From IMG/VR virus record IMGVR_UViG_3300021185_003947: DNA of 64,000 nucleotides; one strand, written 5' to 3'. The translations under genes and the position numbers were made by a program. Under the pieces are notes generated by a model. The model ran no database searches. It had not been told where the DNA came from and saw nothing but the letters and a program-made list of their open reading frames with translations. How positions within the stretch are numbered: the stretch's first letter is position 1; every line of letters begins with the position of its first letter. Shown one piece after another: positions 40,319 through 49,587 of this stretch. This DNA comes from a virus (taxonomy: Duplodnaviria; Caudoviricetes).

Positions 40319-40348
40319 AAAGAGGAGTTTTATAATGCAAGTTGTAAT

Positions 40349-40374
40349 AAAGAGCTCTCAGGAGCTCTTTTTTT
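40349..40374 (+). terminator. Intrinsic terminator, probably bidirectional, between convergent genes
   Basis: AAAGAGCTC-TCAG-GAGCTCTTT followed by TTTT; overlaps the stop of the convergent minus-strand gene. Confidence 0.8.
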
Positions 40375-40933
40375 GTTTAATAAAAATATCGACTGGAACA
40401 GCTAGTCTAAGATTAGAGTGATATGTTTTTACTAGATGATAAACATATCCTGGCATAATTATCACATCACTAGTTTTAGGTGCGTACTCAATAGGTTTAA
40501 ACATTTCAGTGGTTTTACCAAAATAACCTCTGTTAGCATTTGCTCTTGGATCGTACGCTACTAGCTCTCCACCTTTATCAATATCATCAGCAAGAACATA
40601 AAATACTGCAGCAAACTGAGCTCCGGAATGATTATGAATATTCATTGAATATCCCTTTTGAGATCCTGTTAACCAAGAACTAAATTCATAAGACATATCG
40701 TTTAAATCACTATTAAATACTTCTTTAAAAAATTCTGAATATTTTTCTATAGCCAAATCTTTTAATAATGGAATTTTATCTGTCAGTGTACCGCTGTCGT
40801 ATTCAGCCTGTGGTTTCATAATATTAGTACTAAGTAAAATCTCTTGAACTAATTCTTCGCATTGGTCTGAAGTAATTTGAGTTTTGTATATTGGTGTGGA
40901 CCAACACTGATTAATACCCGATTTCAACATCAT
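40358..40933 (-). CDS. Putative Fe(II)/2OG oxygenase (TIGR02466/PF13759-like)
   Basis: HNHSG...AVFYV...GGEL...DPR...PGYVYHLV. Confidence 0.8.
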   Translation of the reverse strand: MMLKSGINQCWSTPIYKTQITSDQCEELVQEILLSTNIMKPQAEYDSGTLTDKIPLLKDLAIEKYSEFFKEVFNSDLNDMSYEFSSWLTGSQKGYSMNIHNHSGAQFAAVFYVLADDIDKGGELVAYDPRANANRGYFGKTTEMFKPIEYAPKTSDVIIMPGYVYHLVKTYHSNLRLAVPVDIFIKQKKSS

Positions 40934-41315
40934 AATATCCTTTTATGTCACGAACCATACCATGAATTACCATCAGTGGCCAATCTATATTGTTGAGTAT
41001 ACTATCGTATATTTCTTTACTATTTTTATATGTTTTAAAATATGGATCATTACCAGCTAAAAGCATTGGATCATTTAACAAATCATAAAAATCTTCATTG
41101 AAGTCTTTACTAATCCAATAAGCATAGCATATTGCTACAACATAACTCTTGGCTGGATATAGCCATTCATCTACTTTTTCATTAAAGTGTCGAATAGCAT
41201 TTTTAATAATAACCTCTTGATTATCATCAAAAACTATTTCTACTTTATTTAAATCATCTGTATGATCTTTATTTAATCTATGGTAAACTTCTTGTTTAAC
41301 TTGCCATTCTTTCAT
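40911..41315 (-). CDS. Hypothetical protein of the radical SAM island
   Basis: 134-aa ORF overlapping both neighbours. Confidence 0.8.
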   Translation of the reverse strand: MKEWQVKQEVYHRLNKDHTDDLNKVEIVFDDNQEVIIKNAIRHFNEKVDEWLYPAKSYVVAICYAYWISKDFNEDFYDLLNDPMLLAGNDPYFKTYKNSKEIYDSILNNIDWPLMVIHGMVRDIKGYYDVEIGY

Positions 41316-42204
41316 GATACCAATCCAATAATCCTCTATATCCGTTACAGCTATTATTTAAATCTTTGACATATCGATAATGCTCTGTTAAGCAGTTTCC
41401 AAAATACTTACATGAAGCACATATAGGACTTATCATTTCTTCTTTTTCTTTATTTGTCCAATCAATGTATTGTTCCCAAGAATCCAATTCAAGAAAGAAT
41501 TCTTTATCCTCTTCATCAAATTCCAAGACACCAAATTTGCCAGAAGGAGTGATGTATATATGATCATCCGAAAATGCATTGTATCTTCCTTTCATTGATT
41601 CTATAATTCTGTCTTCATTTACAAATTCAAACTTCATAGTGTCTTTTAATTTAAGCCACTTTATAACAAAATCTTCAAAGTCTTTGTGTGTCACATTGTG
41701 AGCATTTGCTTGATTAATTGAATATGGTTTAATCTCAACAGATGTAATTGACGAACACATATTCAACATATTAATCATTTCAGATACATCTTTTTCTAAC
41801 ACCTTTGGAGAAGCTAAAACCAAAACTGCAATAGGTACTGTACTCATTAACATATTATTAAATACAAGTTCAGACTTTTCTCTTGCTTCAAAATCATATG
41901 AAACAGAAAGATATACATCATCATCAAAAAAGCCTGGATGCATCATAGAATAATTTGTGTTGATGCTAATTTTACCTGAATAGTATTTTTTTATAACATC
42001 TTTAATGCCATAAAAATATGACTTTTTCATTGCGCCAACTTCGCCGCCGTATAAGTCAATATGTTCAATATTATGTACCTGAGATAGCAATATGTCTAGT
42101 TTATTGAACGAAATTTGTTTTTGATCTCCAAGTTGCTTAGTAGATAGGTAACAAAAATCACATCTAAAATTACAAAAATATGAAGGATTGATCGATACGA
42201 TCAT
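41296..42204 (-). CDS. Radical SAM protein with C-terminal Cys cluster (SPASM/twitch-like)
   Basis: CNFRCDFC, YGGE, C-terminal CASCKYFGNC...C. Confidence 0.92.
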   Translation of the reverse strand: MIVSINPSYFCNFRCDFCYLSTKQLGDQKQISFNKLDILLSQVHNIEHIDLYGGEVGAMKKSYFYGIKDVIKKYYSGKISINTNYSMMHPGFFDDDVYLSVSYDFEAREKSELVFNNMLMSTVPIAVLVLASPKVLEKDVSEMINMLNMCSSITSVEIKPYSINQANAHNVTHKDFEDFVIKWLKLKDTMKFEFVNEDRIIESMKGRYNAFSDDHIYITPSGKFGVLEFDEEDKEFFLELDSWEQYIDWTNKEKEEMISPICASCKYFGNCLTEHYRYVKDLNNSCNGYRGLLDWYHERMAS

Positions 42205-42815
42205 TACCTGGCCGGAAAGGAAATATTCATTACTACTGCAAGTCTATCTTCTTCACCATAATAAGGAGTTACTTCATGCCATACATGTGCCGGAACAATA
42301 ATAATTGTATTTTTTTCAGTCTCAATAGACATTTTAGATTTAGGTCTTGTTTTTATAACCTGGTTAAATGCTGGGTCATGAAAAATTAATTTGCCACCAT
42401 CTTTATCATTATCTACACAGTCTAAATAATAAACCGCAACCATTGAAGCACCACTATGACAATGCAAACCTTTATAATCACCATTTCTCATAAAGGGCAA
42501 TCTTCCGGTGGTCAATTCCATCCGTTCTAAAATTTCGGCATGTGTAATTGATTCATCATATTCATTAGCTAGTTTTAAAAATGACTTTGCAAAAAAATCA
42601 TATAAACTTTTTATTTCATTATAATTTTTAATATTATCATCTGTAAATAACGGGATATGCACTCCATCATCTCCACCATCTTGATATGAAAGACCGGCCA
42701 TAGCTAAATGATTTCTAAATATTGCTTGACATACTGAATTAAGTGTACTACTTTCTTCTTCATTAATATCATGCAATTCATGTAACATTTTTATTGGAAA
42801 AATAGTTTTTATCAT
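42204..42815 (-). CDS. Putative Fe(II)/2OG oxygenase (TIGR02466/PF13759-like)
   Basis: HCHSG..VAVYY...GGKLIFHDP...PAHVWHEV...R. Confidence 0.8.
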   Translation of the reverse strand: MIKTIFPIKMLHELHDINEEESSTLNSVCQAIFRNHLAMAGLSYQDGGDDGVHIPLFTDDNIKNYNEIKSLYDFFAKSFLKLANEYDESITHAEILERMELTTGRLPFMRNGDYKGLHCHSGASMVAVYYLDCVDNDKDGGKLIFHDPAFNQVIKTRPKSKMSIETEKNTIIIVPAHVWHEVTPYYGEEDRLAVVMNISFPAR

Positions 42816-43846
42816 GCGTATTCCCTCTCATACGGCGTCAATTGTCTATCGATGCTATTTATACTGATTATATCAGTTGCTAAAGTCTTCATATGTTTAC
42901 AATGATCTTCTACCATATTATGCTGTTTTAAATCTTTAATAGTTTTTTTACATCCATTACAAATTTCAAACATAGGACAAGTATAACATGCATTTTTTAA
43001 ACTCATTAAACTTAAATCTGTTGCAAGAGGTGTTGAAAACCCACCACTCATTTCGTAATCAAAATCAATAGCCTTATCTAAATCATCGCCAAATGCACCA
43101 CATGAATAGTAGTCACCTTCAGGTTGAAGTGTCCGAATGCCAGAATCGCATGTTCTTGTTTGTGGACATATAGTAGATTCTCCTCTTAGTCGTACCATCA
43201 TCTGTTGAGTGTTATGTTCCCAATCGCTTAATCCAGCTTTCCATATTTCAACATAACGTTCATATATTTTCGATAATTGATATGGAGCAGACTGAGAACC
43301 TGATGCCATAGCATAATTTACTTTACAGACTACATCCATTTTCTTTGCAAGTTCAACTGTCTTAATATGAGTATCTTCATTCTCTTCAACAATAACTGCT
43401 ATGAATGAAGGTCTATACCCAACATGTTCAACCATTGCATCTGAACACTTCCAAAAATCTTCTTCTGTAAATTCACTATAATCACCTTTTAATCTCCCTC
43501 CTCCATATTGAAATGATGTAGCTACACCAACTCGAGGATGGTTAAAAAGTTTTTTCCATTTCATTGGTTTCATAAGAAATGGATATAAATTTGTTGTAAG
43601 TGATATTGTTGCAGGCAGCTCATGCTTATCAAGATACTCTATAATTTTCCAATAGTAATTTGGTTTCATCATTAATGGATCGCCACCATTAACAATAATT
43701 GTTTGAGTATCTGGAAAACGTTTTAAAAACTTAAATATTTTATTTAAATCAAGAGTAGCAGTATTATCTTCAAACGTAATTTTAGATGATGAACAAAATG
43801 AACATTTAAAATTACACAATTCTGTTGGTTTGACAATTAGGTCCAT
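42812..43846 (-). CDS. Radical SAM/SPASM protein
   Basis: CNFKCSFC, GGDPL, CPQTRTC...YSC, CYTCPMFEICNGC. Confidence 0.95.
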   Translation of the reverse strand: MDLIVKPTELCNFKCSFCSSSKITFEDNTATLDLNKIFKFLKRFPDTQTIIVNGGDPLMMKPNYYWKIIEYLDKHELPATISLTTNLYPFLMKPMKWKKLFNHPRVGVATSFQYGGGRLKGDYSEFTEEDFWKCSDAMVEHVGYRPSFIAVIVEENEDTHIKTVELAKKMDVVCKVNYAMASGSQSAPYQLSKIYERYVEIWKAGLSDWEHNTQQMMVRLRGESTICPQTRTCDSGIRTLQPEGDYYSCGAFGDDLDKAIDFDYEMSGGFSTPLATDLSLMSLKNACYTCPMFEICNGCKKTIKDLKQHNMVEDHCKHMKTLATDIISINSIDRQLTPYEREYA

Positions 43847-44382
43847 GGCGAATTGCTAACTTTAAACCCAAAATTCATAGTGATTCTGTGCATATCAGGA
43901 TCTCTGAAATGTTCAACTCTGTGTTCGAACTGTTTATCTTGGCTTCCTACTACTACATCATATTTTTGAGGTAAATGAAAGGCTGTGATTCTATTATTTT
44001 GTGATATATTTCTAAACATAATTTCACCACCAGCGTCTTTATTCATATCAGTAAAATATAAAAGAAACATTATATTTGCACCTTCACAAAAATCATTATG
44101 CCAATGACATGAAGTTTGTTCGGTGCCATTCCAACAATGATAATAAATCAAATCTTGTTTTTCTGAATATGGTTTTAAATAATGATTAAAAAGATAATCA
44201 GCAGTCATTAGCATTTTCTTTCGCATACCCAATATATAATAATTTAAAGGAAATCGATAATCTTTTCTATTACCAATACCTCTAAGCCATTTTATATTAG
44301 GAATAGTATCTTCTAAATATTGAAACGCTCGAACGTTATTTTCTGTGTAAAATCCATCATCCATTTTCCAACCATTTTTCAT
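43837..44382 (-). CDS. Fe(II)/2OG oxygenase (prolyl-hydroxylase-like fold)
   Basis: H-N-D (WHND), LLYF, GGEI, distal EHRV and R. Confidence 0.8.
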   Translation of the reverse strand: MKNGWKMDDGFYTENNVRAFQYLEDTIPNIKWLRGIGNRKDYRFPLNYYILGMRKKMLMTADYLFNHYLKPYSEKQDLIYYHCWNGTEQTSCHWHNDFCEGANIMFLLYFTDMNKDAGGEIMFRNISQNNRITAFHLPQKYDVVVGSQDKQFEHRVEHFRDPDMHRITMNFGFKVSNSPWT

Positions 44383-45524
44383 AGCATTTTTACCTTTTGT
44401 CTAAATCCATATGATAAATCATCTTCACCATCACGTTTTGGTTTAAATCCCTTTGTTTTTTTAACGTAGTTAAACGTTTCTTTAAAAACACATTCTTCCA
44501 TATCATTGTGATCACCTGGCATATCAGCTTTTACAAAGCATGTGAATGGACAGTTTTCATAATATTCACACTCAAAACAATTATATTTTTTTAAAAACTT
44601 TTCTACCATCTCTCCTGTTTCAAATAGTGTTTCACCAGTTTTTTTATCTCGCTGATATGCTACACCACAACATCCACCGGGTGATGAACCATCAGGTTGA
44701 ATAGTTATTGAATTACCTCTTGTGCACATCATTGCACCAGTTTGATTCAATGGATCATGAAATGCATCCATATTTTCGCACTCAGGATAGTTATCTACTA
44801 AATATTTATTGAATGCTAATAACTCACTGTCTTTAGGAATTAATTTTGCATCTGCTTTAATTAATGGCGATGGCATATAAGCATCAAAATCAACTGGGAA
44901 GTTTTTATACAAATAATCAAAAGTGCTTTTATCGTTACTTTTTATAATTGTTTGTACATTTTGGCTAGTAGTAACAATTGAAACGTTTCTAATATAATCT
45001 TTAAAAGTCTCAACATTTTCTAAGAATATTTCTAGTTGACCTTTGTTAAATCTACCTCTTGGATCATAAGAAGTTGAAAGCTTTACATCGTGCTTATTAC
45101 AAAAGTCCATAACCTTATCTGAATTTTTTTTGTCAAACATAAAATTAGTAAGATAATTAAAATAAATTCTTTTGTCACCAATGTTAATCTTGGATTTGAC
45201 TAAGTCCATAAATTCTTCATATACATCTAAAAAGCCTTTTTCAATCCATAGATCTTCAAATAATTCTCCACCTAATAGATGTAATTTATAGTCTTTTGAT
45301 CTTGGCGAATTGTTAATAAATTTAGCAACAGTATCGCTTTTTGCTAAAATTTCTTCTCGAGTAGCTCCAACCATTGAGTTATGATCTTGTGGACAAAACA
45401 CACATTTTAAATTACAATGTTCAAAGAATATTATAACAAGTTCACTTGATCGAGTAATCTTGCTTCCTAAGATTTTGTATATATCAAAATCAAGTGGAGC
45501 TGGATTAATAGGTGCTACAGACAT
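44379..45524 (-). CDS. Radical SAM/SPASM-like protein
   Basis: CNLKCVFC, LGGE, CTRG...GCC, CFECEYYENCPFTC. Confidence 0.92.
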   Translation of the reverse strand: MSVAPINPAPLDFDIYKILGSKITRSSELVIIFFEHCNLKCVFCPQDHNSMVGATREEILAKSDTVAKFINNSPRSKDYKLHLLGGELFEDLWIEKGFLDVYEEFMDLVKSKINIGDKRIYFNYLTNFMFDKKNSDKVMDFCNKHDVKLSTSYDPRGRFNKGQLEIFLENVETFKDYIRNVSIVTTSQNVQTIIKSNDKSTFDYLYKNFPVDFDAYMPSPLIKADAKLIPKDSELLAFNKYLVDNYPECENMDAFHDPLNQTGAMMCTRGNSITIQPDGSSPGGCCGVAYQRDKKTGETLFETGEMVEKFLKKYNCFECEYYENCPFTCFVKADMPGDHNDMEECVFKETFNYVKKTKGFKPKRDGEDDLSYGFRQKVKML

Positions 45525-47185
45525 TCTTTACTTACCTCTGACATAATTATATGTCTATTTTTTTCTATAAATTTATTTATAGTATTTGCTCTAAACTCTT
45601 GATTTAAAACTTTAATGCTTTTTGGTTGAGAATTTGGATTAAATATATCTCTTATTTCAGAATGTATATCATCCCATCTATCTAATTTACTTATAGCTTC
45701 ATATGCTTTTTTAGTAAAGACTGATGGCGATATGCTATTTTCAAGCATAGGATAAAAGTGCTGCAATAAATAATTTCCAGCACTATTCATAAACCACATT
45801 TCATGCATTTCTTCAATTGTAAACGAAAAGCACGATGATATTGTTTTGAAATACGATTTTTTATTTTTGTACAAATTATTCCAGCTATCAATTCCCTGTT
45901 CATCCGCAATATCAGTATAAACTTCAACTGTTCGAATATCATATTTAATTTTATATTCCTGAGAATTAAGCGCTGAATCCGGAAGAAACATATAATCATG
46001 TCTATAAGAACCAAACGATTTAAAATTCCAGATATATTCCATTTCATTATAAAAGTCTTCTATTGTAGAACCTGGCATTGCAAGGATCATTTCTAAATTA
46101 GGTATCGGAAACCCATGCTTTGAACATTGCTCATTAATGTGTTTACTTAATTTTAATTTATCTTCTGTATTTAAATCAACTCTTTCAGCTATTTTCATTG
46201 CAATGTCAGAACTGCTTTGAATAGACACTGATGGAACTATCGATATATTGGCCATCTCACTCCACATATCTTTTCCATTTTTCATATTTGGAGAAGTGTA
46301 ATTTGTTCCAACAATTTCAAAATACTTATCAATTAATTTTTTTCTTCTATTTAAATCCTTAGATTTCATGGTAGAAATATCAGTTAAATTAAAACCATTT
46401 GTCCAAGCATATTCGAATATTTCAAAGTCTCTTTCAAAAAAAGCTCCAAAGTTTGCATCATTTAAATAAGCAGATCTATAACCGGCTTTTAGCATAGCAT
46501 TGATATCACGTTTTACTATGTCCAAGGATTTCTTATAAATCTTTGTATTAATACCTCCACCCCATTCGCAAAATACACACTTATAAGGACAACCTCTTGT
46601 TGTCTCTAAAACAATAAACGGTTCCATTTTATTATTACGAGCGTATTTAAGTAATTTTGTAAGATATTCTAAATGATCTTCGTATACTGAATAATCTTCT
46701 TTTGATAAATCATGTATGAATTTTACATCAGATCTTAATTCCCATGGAATACTTGTTGGATCTATTCTGTTTTCAATAAACTGATCGATAAGCTCAGCCA
46801 TAAATGGCTCACCTGGTTTAGTAGGTCTACAAATTAAATCATACTGAGGACGTGATGCTAATAGTTCTGGTTCATTGGTTCCAATATGTGGACCACCTAA
46901 AACTAGTATTTTTTCTGGATATTTATTTTTAATTTTATTAGAAATTTCATCACATATCATATAGTTCCAAGTATAAGAAGAAAACATAATTATATCTGCT
47001 TCAATTATATCATTTATTACTTCATCATAAGATTTATAGCTATTCCATTTATATGGTGATTCTAACCACTTTACTTTTTTACTGTATTTGCCAAAACGAG
47101 AATAGTAACTTTGCATTAATAAAAATGTAAAGTTATTTGCTAGTGACCAGTCAGCGTGAGGAGGATTAATAAATGCTATAATCAT
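45515..47185 (-). CDS. Cobalamin-binding radical SAM protein (class B methyltransferase-like)
   Basis: N-terminal Rossmann-like FSSYTWN...LGGPH, ETTRGCPYKCVFCEWG, DANFG. Confidence 0.88.
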   Translation of the reverse strand: MIIAFINPPHADWSLANNFTFLLMQSYYSRFGKYSKKVKWLESPYKWNSYKSYDEVINDIIEADIIMFSSYTWNYMICDEISNKIKNKYPEKILVLGGPHIGTNEPELLASRPQYDLICRPTKPGEPFMAELIDQFIENRIDPTSIPWELRSDVKFIHDLSKEDYSVYEDHLEYLTKLLKYARNNKMEPFIVLETTRGCPYKCVFCEWGGGINTKIYKKSLDIVKRDINAMLKAGYRSAYLNDANFGAFFERDFEIFEYAWTNGFNLTDISTMKSKDLNRRKKLIDKYFEIVGTNYTSPNMKNGKDMWSEMANISIVPSVSIQSSSDIAMKIAERVDLNTEDKLKLSKHINEQCSKHGFPIPNLEMILAMPGSTIEDFYNEMEYIWNFKSFGSYRHDYMFLPDSALNSQEYKIKYDIRTVEVYTDIADEQGIDSWNNLYKNKKSYFKTISSCFSFTIEEMHEMWFMNSAGNYLLQHFYPMLENSISPSVFTKKAYEAISKLDRWDDIHSEIRDIFNPNSQPKSIKVLNQEFRANTINKFIEKNRHIIMSEVSKECL

Positions 47186-47218
47186 ACTTCATTCTATACA
47201 TTACAAATTAAAAAATAT

Positions 47219-48349
47219 TTAAACTGTTACATATTTAGCAATAGTTGTTTTATCAGAAACAGAATTAGCATCTAGTAGCGAATGAATTAAATAATGATTT
47301 ACAGTTTCAAGTTCTAATGCAAAGAATTTTTCAGGTTCTTTATCATCTGATGATTCAATTAAAATAAGCTTATCTAATAGTTCATCTGTTAATTCAGTAT
47401 TAATTGCTGGTAAGAATTCTAATATGCTATCATCTCTTAAAGTAAAATCAGACCATTGACTTTCTATAATAGCTACAAACTCTTTAATAGTATTAAGATC
47501 TGAATCAGAAATATTTTCGAATATTACATTATCACTACTAGAAGCGCCACTTAGATATTTTATAGACCACATATCGTCTTTAATAAACAGTTGAGCAAAT
47601 TTAGAAGTATCTGTAAAAATGTCATTAATATTATTTAATGTGTAAGTTTTGTCTAAATTTAATTTATTAGCAAAAGATTTAGTTAAGAAATGTTGAAAAA
47701 ATATTTCTTTTAATTCGTAAAGATATTGTTCAAACACTTTTTTCAGCAAAGGTTTAACTACACCTTTTAACTCTGCTTTTGAAGATTTGTCATTAAGATA
47801 ATTTGCTAGTAGATGTTCAACACTTATTGTGCTTTTATATTTTACCATAAACGCTTTTTTCTTGGCGGCTGAAGGGGCTTTAACACTATCATAAATGGTA
47901 TTGAAATTTTCTACTTTTAAAATTTCACCAGATCCTAATTTTGCATTATTACTTGAAAACCTGCCTCTAAAAAATGTATTAAATTTAAAAGCATGTGCTT
48001 TTACTAATGATTCTACTGAATCAGCTTTCGGAGTTTTTAAAATAAATTTATACCAAGTAGACATAATAAATTGAAATGCTGCACTATCGCAATAAACAAC
48101 GATTCTTTTATTTGTAGAATCACATTTGGCAGCTAATTCATCAAAAAGAGTTGTAGCATCTTTAAACGTTTTATCTTTTCCTAGAATATCATTCCATTCA
48201 AGTCCATATGCAATGAGTTGACCAGATAATATTTTTTGAAGATCTTCTAAAAGATTAAAACCGTTACTTTGCGATACAACAATACGATCAAAATTTGGAT
48301 CGATGATATTATCTGTTGTTACATAAATCTTCTTAAACAGATGTATCAT
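47219..48349 (-). CDS. Hypothetical protein of the radical SAM island
   Basis: 376-aa ORF coupled to the upstream gene; no family recognised. Confidence 0.85.
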   Translation of the reverse strand: MIHLFKKIYVTTDNIIDPNFDRIVVSQSNGFNLLEDLQKILSGQLIAYGLEWNDILGKDKTFKDATTLFDELAAKCDSTNKRIVVYCDSAAFQFIMSTWYKFILKTPKADSVESLVKAHAFKFNTFFRGRFSSNNAKLGSGEILKVENFNTIYDSVKAPSAAKKKAFMVKYKSTISVEHLLANYLNDKSSKAELKGVVKPLLKKVFEQYLYELKEIFFQHFLTKSFANKLNLDKTYTLNNINDIFTDTSKFAQLFIKDDMWSIKYLSGASSSDNVIFENISDSDLNTIKEFVAIIESQWSDFTLRDDSILEFLPAINTELTDELLDKLILIESSDDKEPEKFFALELETVNHYLIHSLLDANSVSDKTTIAKYVTV

Positions 48350-48993
48350 AACTGTTCTCCTGTGGCGATTGAACTTGTTAGTAAAAACATTGGGTTATTA
48401 ACATTCGCCCAATAACTAAATAGATTATTTCCTTTAAACATATACTCATTAAAATATGATTTATAATATGTTTTATGATGTTCAATTACATTGGCATAAA
48501 ATAAATAAAAGCTTTCGTATTTAAGTAAATTTACAAAATTTATTCCAGTTAAATCTTTTGTATCATCTTCTGGAAATGATTTAACGTAGTCTTTTAATTC
48601 ATCACATTCAACAGTGTACAAATTATAAAGCGAAAGTGAATCTAATTTCTTAGCCCAAGTAGTAAGTATTTCAACGTTATCATCAATAAAATCTTTTTCT
48701 ATTAACTCACTAATACCTTTCATCTGCAATAATAAACTAATTACTCTTTCTTCAAGAATAGGAATACTTATAATAAAATTAGCTAAAAGATATTCTCTAG
48801 TAAGATCATCAAAATCTTTCTGATCAGTAAAACCAATATTGCATGGCAATTCCAGATTACTGAGATATGTTAATAGCTTTGTTCCCTGCAATTGTGAATT
48901 TTCATAATCAACCATATAAAAAGTTTGATCATCTTCAAAATACAATTTCAAATCTTCAATACTAAATGGTGCAGTAACATCAATAACTTTCAT
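48346..48993 (-). CDS. Hypothetical protein of the radical SAM island
   Basis: Likely start MKVIDV at 48993, forming an ATGA overlap with the stop of the CHxS-repeat gene. Confidence 0.8.
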   Translation of the reverse strand: MKVIDVTAPFSIEDLKLYFEDDQTFYMVDYENSQLQGTKLLTYLSNLELPCNIGFTDQKDFDDLTREYLLANFIISIPILEERVISLLLQMKGISELIEKDFIDDNVEILTTWAKKLDSLSLYNLYTVECDELKDYVKSFPEDDTKDLTGINFVNLLKYESFYLFYANVIEHHKTYYKSYFNEYMFKGNNLFSYWANVNNPMFLLTSSIATGEQL

Positions 48994-49553
48994 CTTCTTC
49001 CTCTCGAGCCATGACAACTGCTATGACAACTTGCATGACAAATATTAATATTTACAGTAACAGTATTGGAAACTAAACTATTAAAACGGGTCTGTAAGTC
49101 TGTAAATTTAGCTTCAAGACCAGAAGCACTAATTTGAGTACCAGCAGTTAAAGTAACTCCAGCCGCAGATAATGTTTGTGCATAACTACTGTTTAAATAA
49201 GCTTTTCGTGTTTGATTAAAAATTTGTCCAGGATTAGGATATGTTCCTGTATTACCACCAGGGCCTGTTACTGTTCGGGTTGCCTTTAAATTTCTAATTT
49301 GACTATACGCCGCGGTTTCATTTTCAATTGCAGTATTGATAACAGAAGCAGTGATTGGATTTTGATTTATATCGGCTCCAGTAATTCCAATGCTCCGACC
49401 AGCAGTCGTTCCACCAAAATATGATGTAGAAAATCCACTAAACGGAACTGAATTAGTACCCCAAACAATACCAGAGTTTGCACTTGCCGGTGCAAAATCC
49501 GCAAATCTATCTATTATATTCTGTGCGCTAATTGGACTTGTTAGTGTAGCCAT
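48990..49553 (-). CDS. Putative modification target/precursor: T/S/A/G/N-rich protein ending CHASCHSSCHGSRGRR
   Basis: All three Cys and all three His lie in the last 16 residues; own late promoter; GAGG RBS; surrounded by radical SAM genes. Confidence 0.75.
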   Translation of the reverse strand: MATLTSPISAQNIIDRFADFAPASANSGIVWGTNSVPFSGFSTSYFGGTTAGRSIGITGADINQNPITASVINTAIENETAAYSQIRNLKATRTVTGPGGNTGTYPNPGQIFNQTRKAYLNSSYAQTLSAAGVTLTAGTQISASGLEAKFTDLQTRFNSLVSNTVTVNINICHASCHSSCHGSRGRR

Positions 49554-49579
49554 TTCATTCCTCTTTTGTTATATACGTG

Positions 49580-49587
49580 TATTTATA
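49580..49587 (-). promoter_or_regulatory. T4 late promoter TATAAATA driving the CHxS-repeat gene
   Basis: Exact consensus overlapping the stop codon of the upstream radical SAM gene. Confidence 0.8.

Noticed and set aside
47186-47218. Possible internal leaderless promoter (TAGAAT 5 nt before the B12-rSAM ATG)
   Set aside because: No properly spaced -35 and the region is very AT-rich, so it could be chance.
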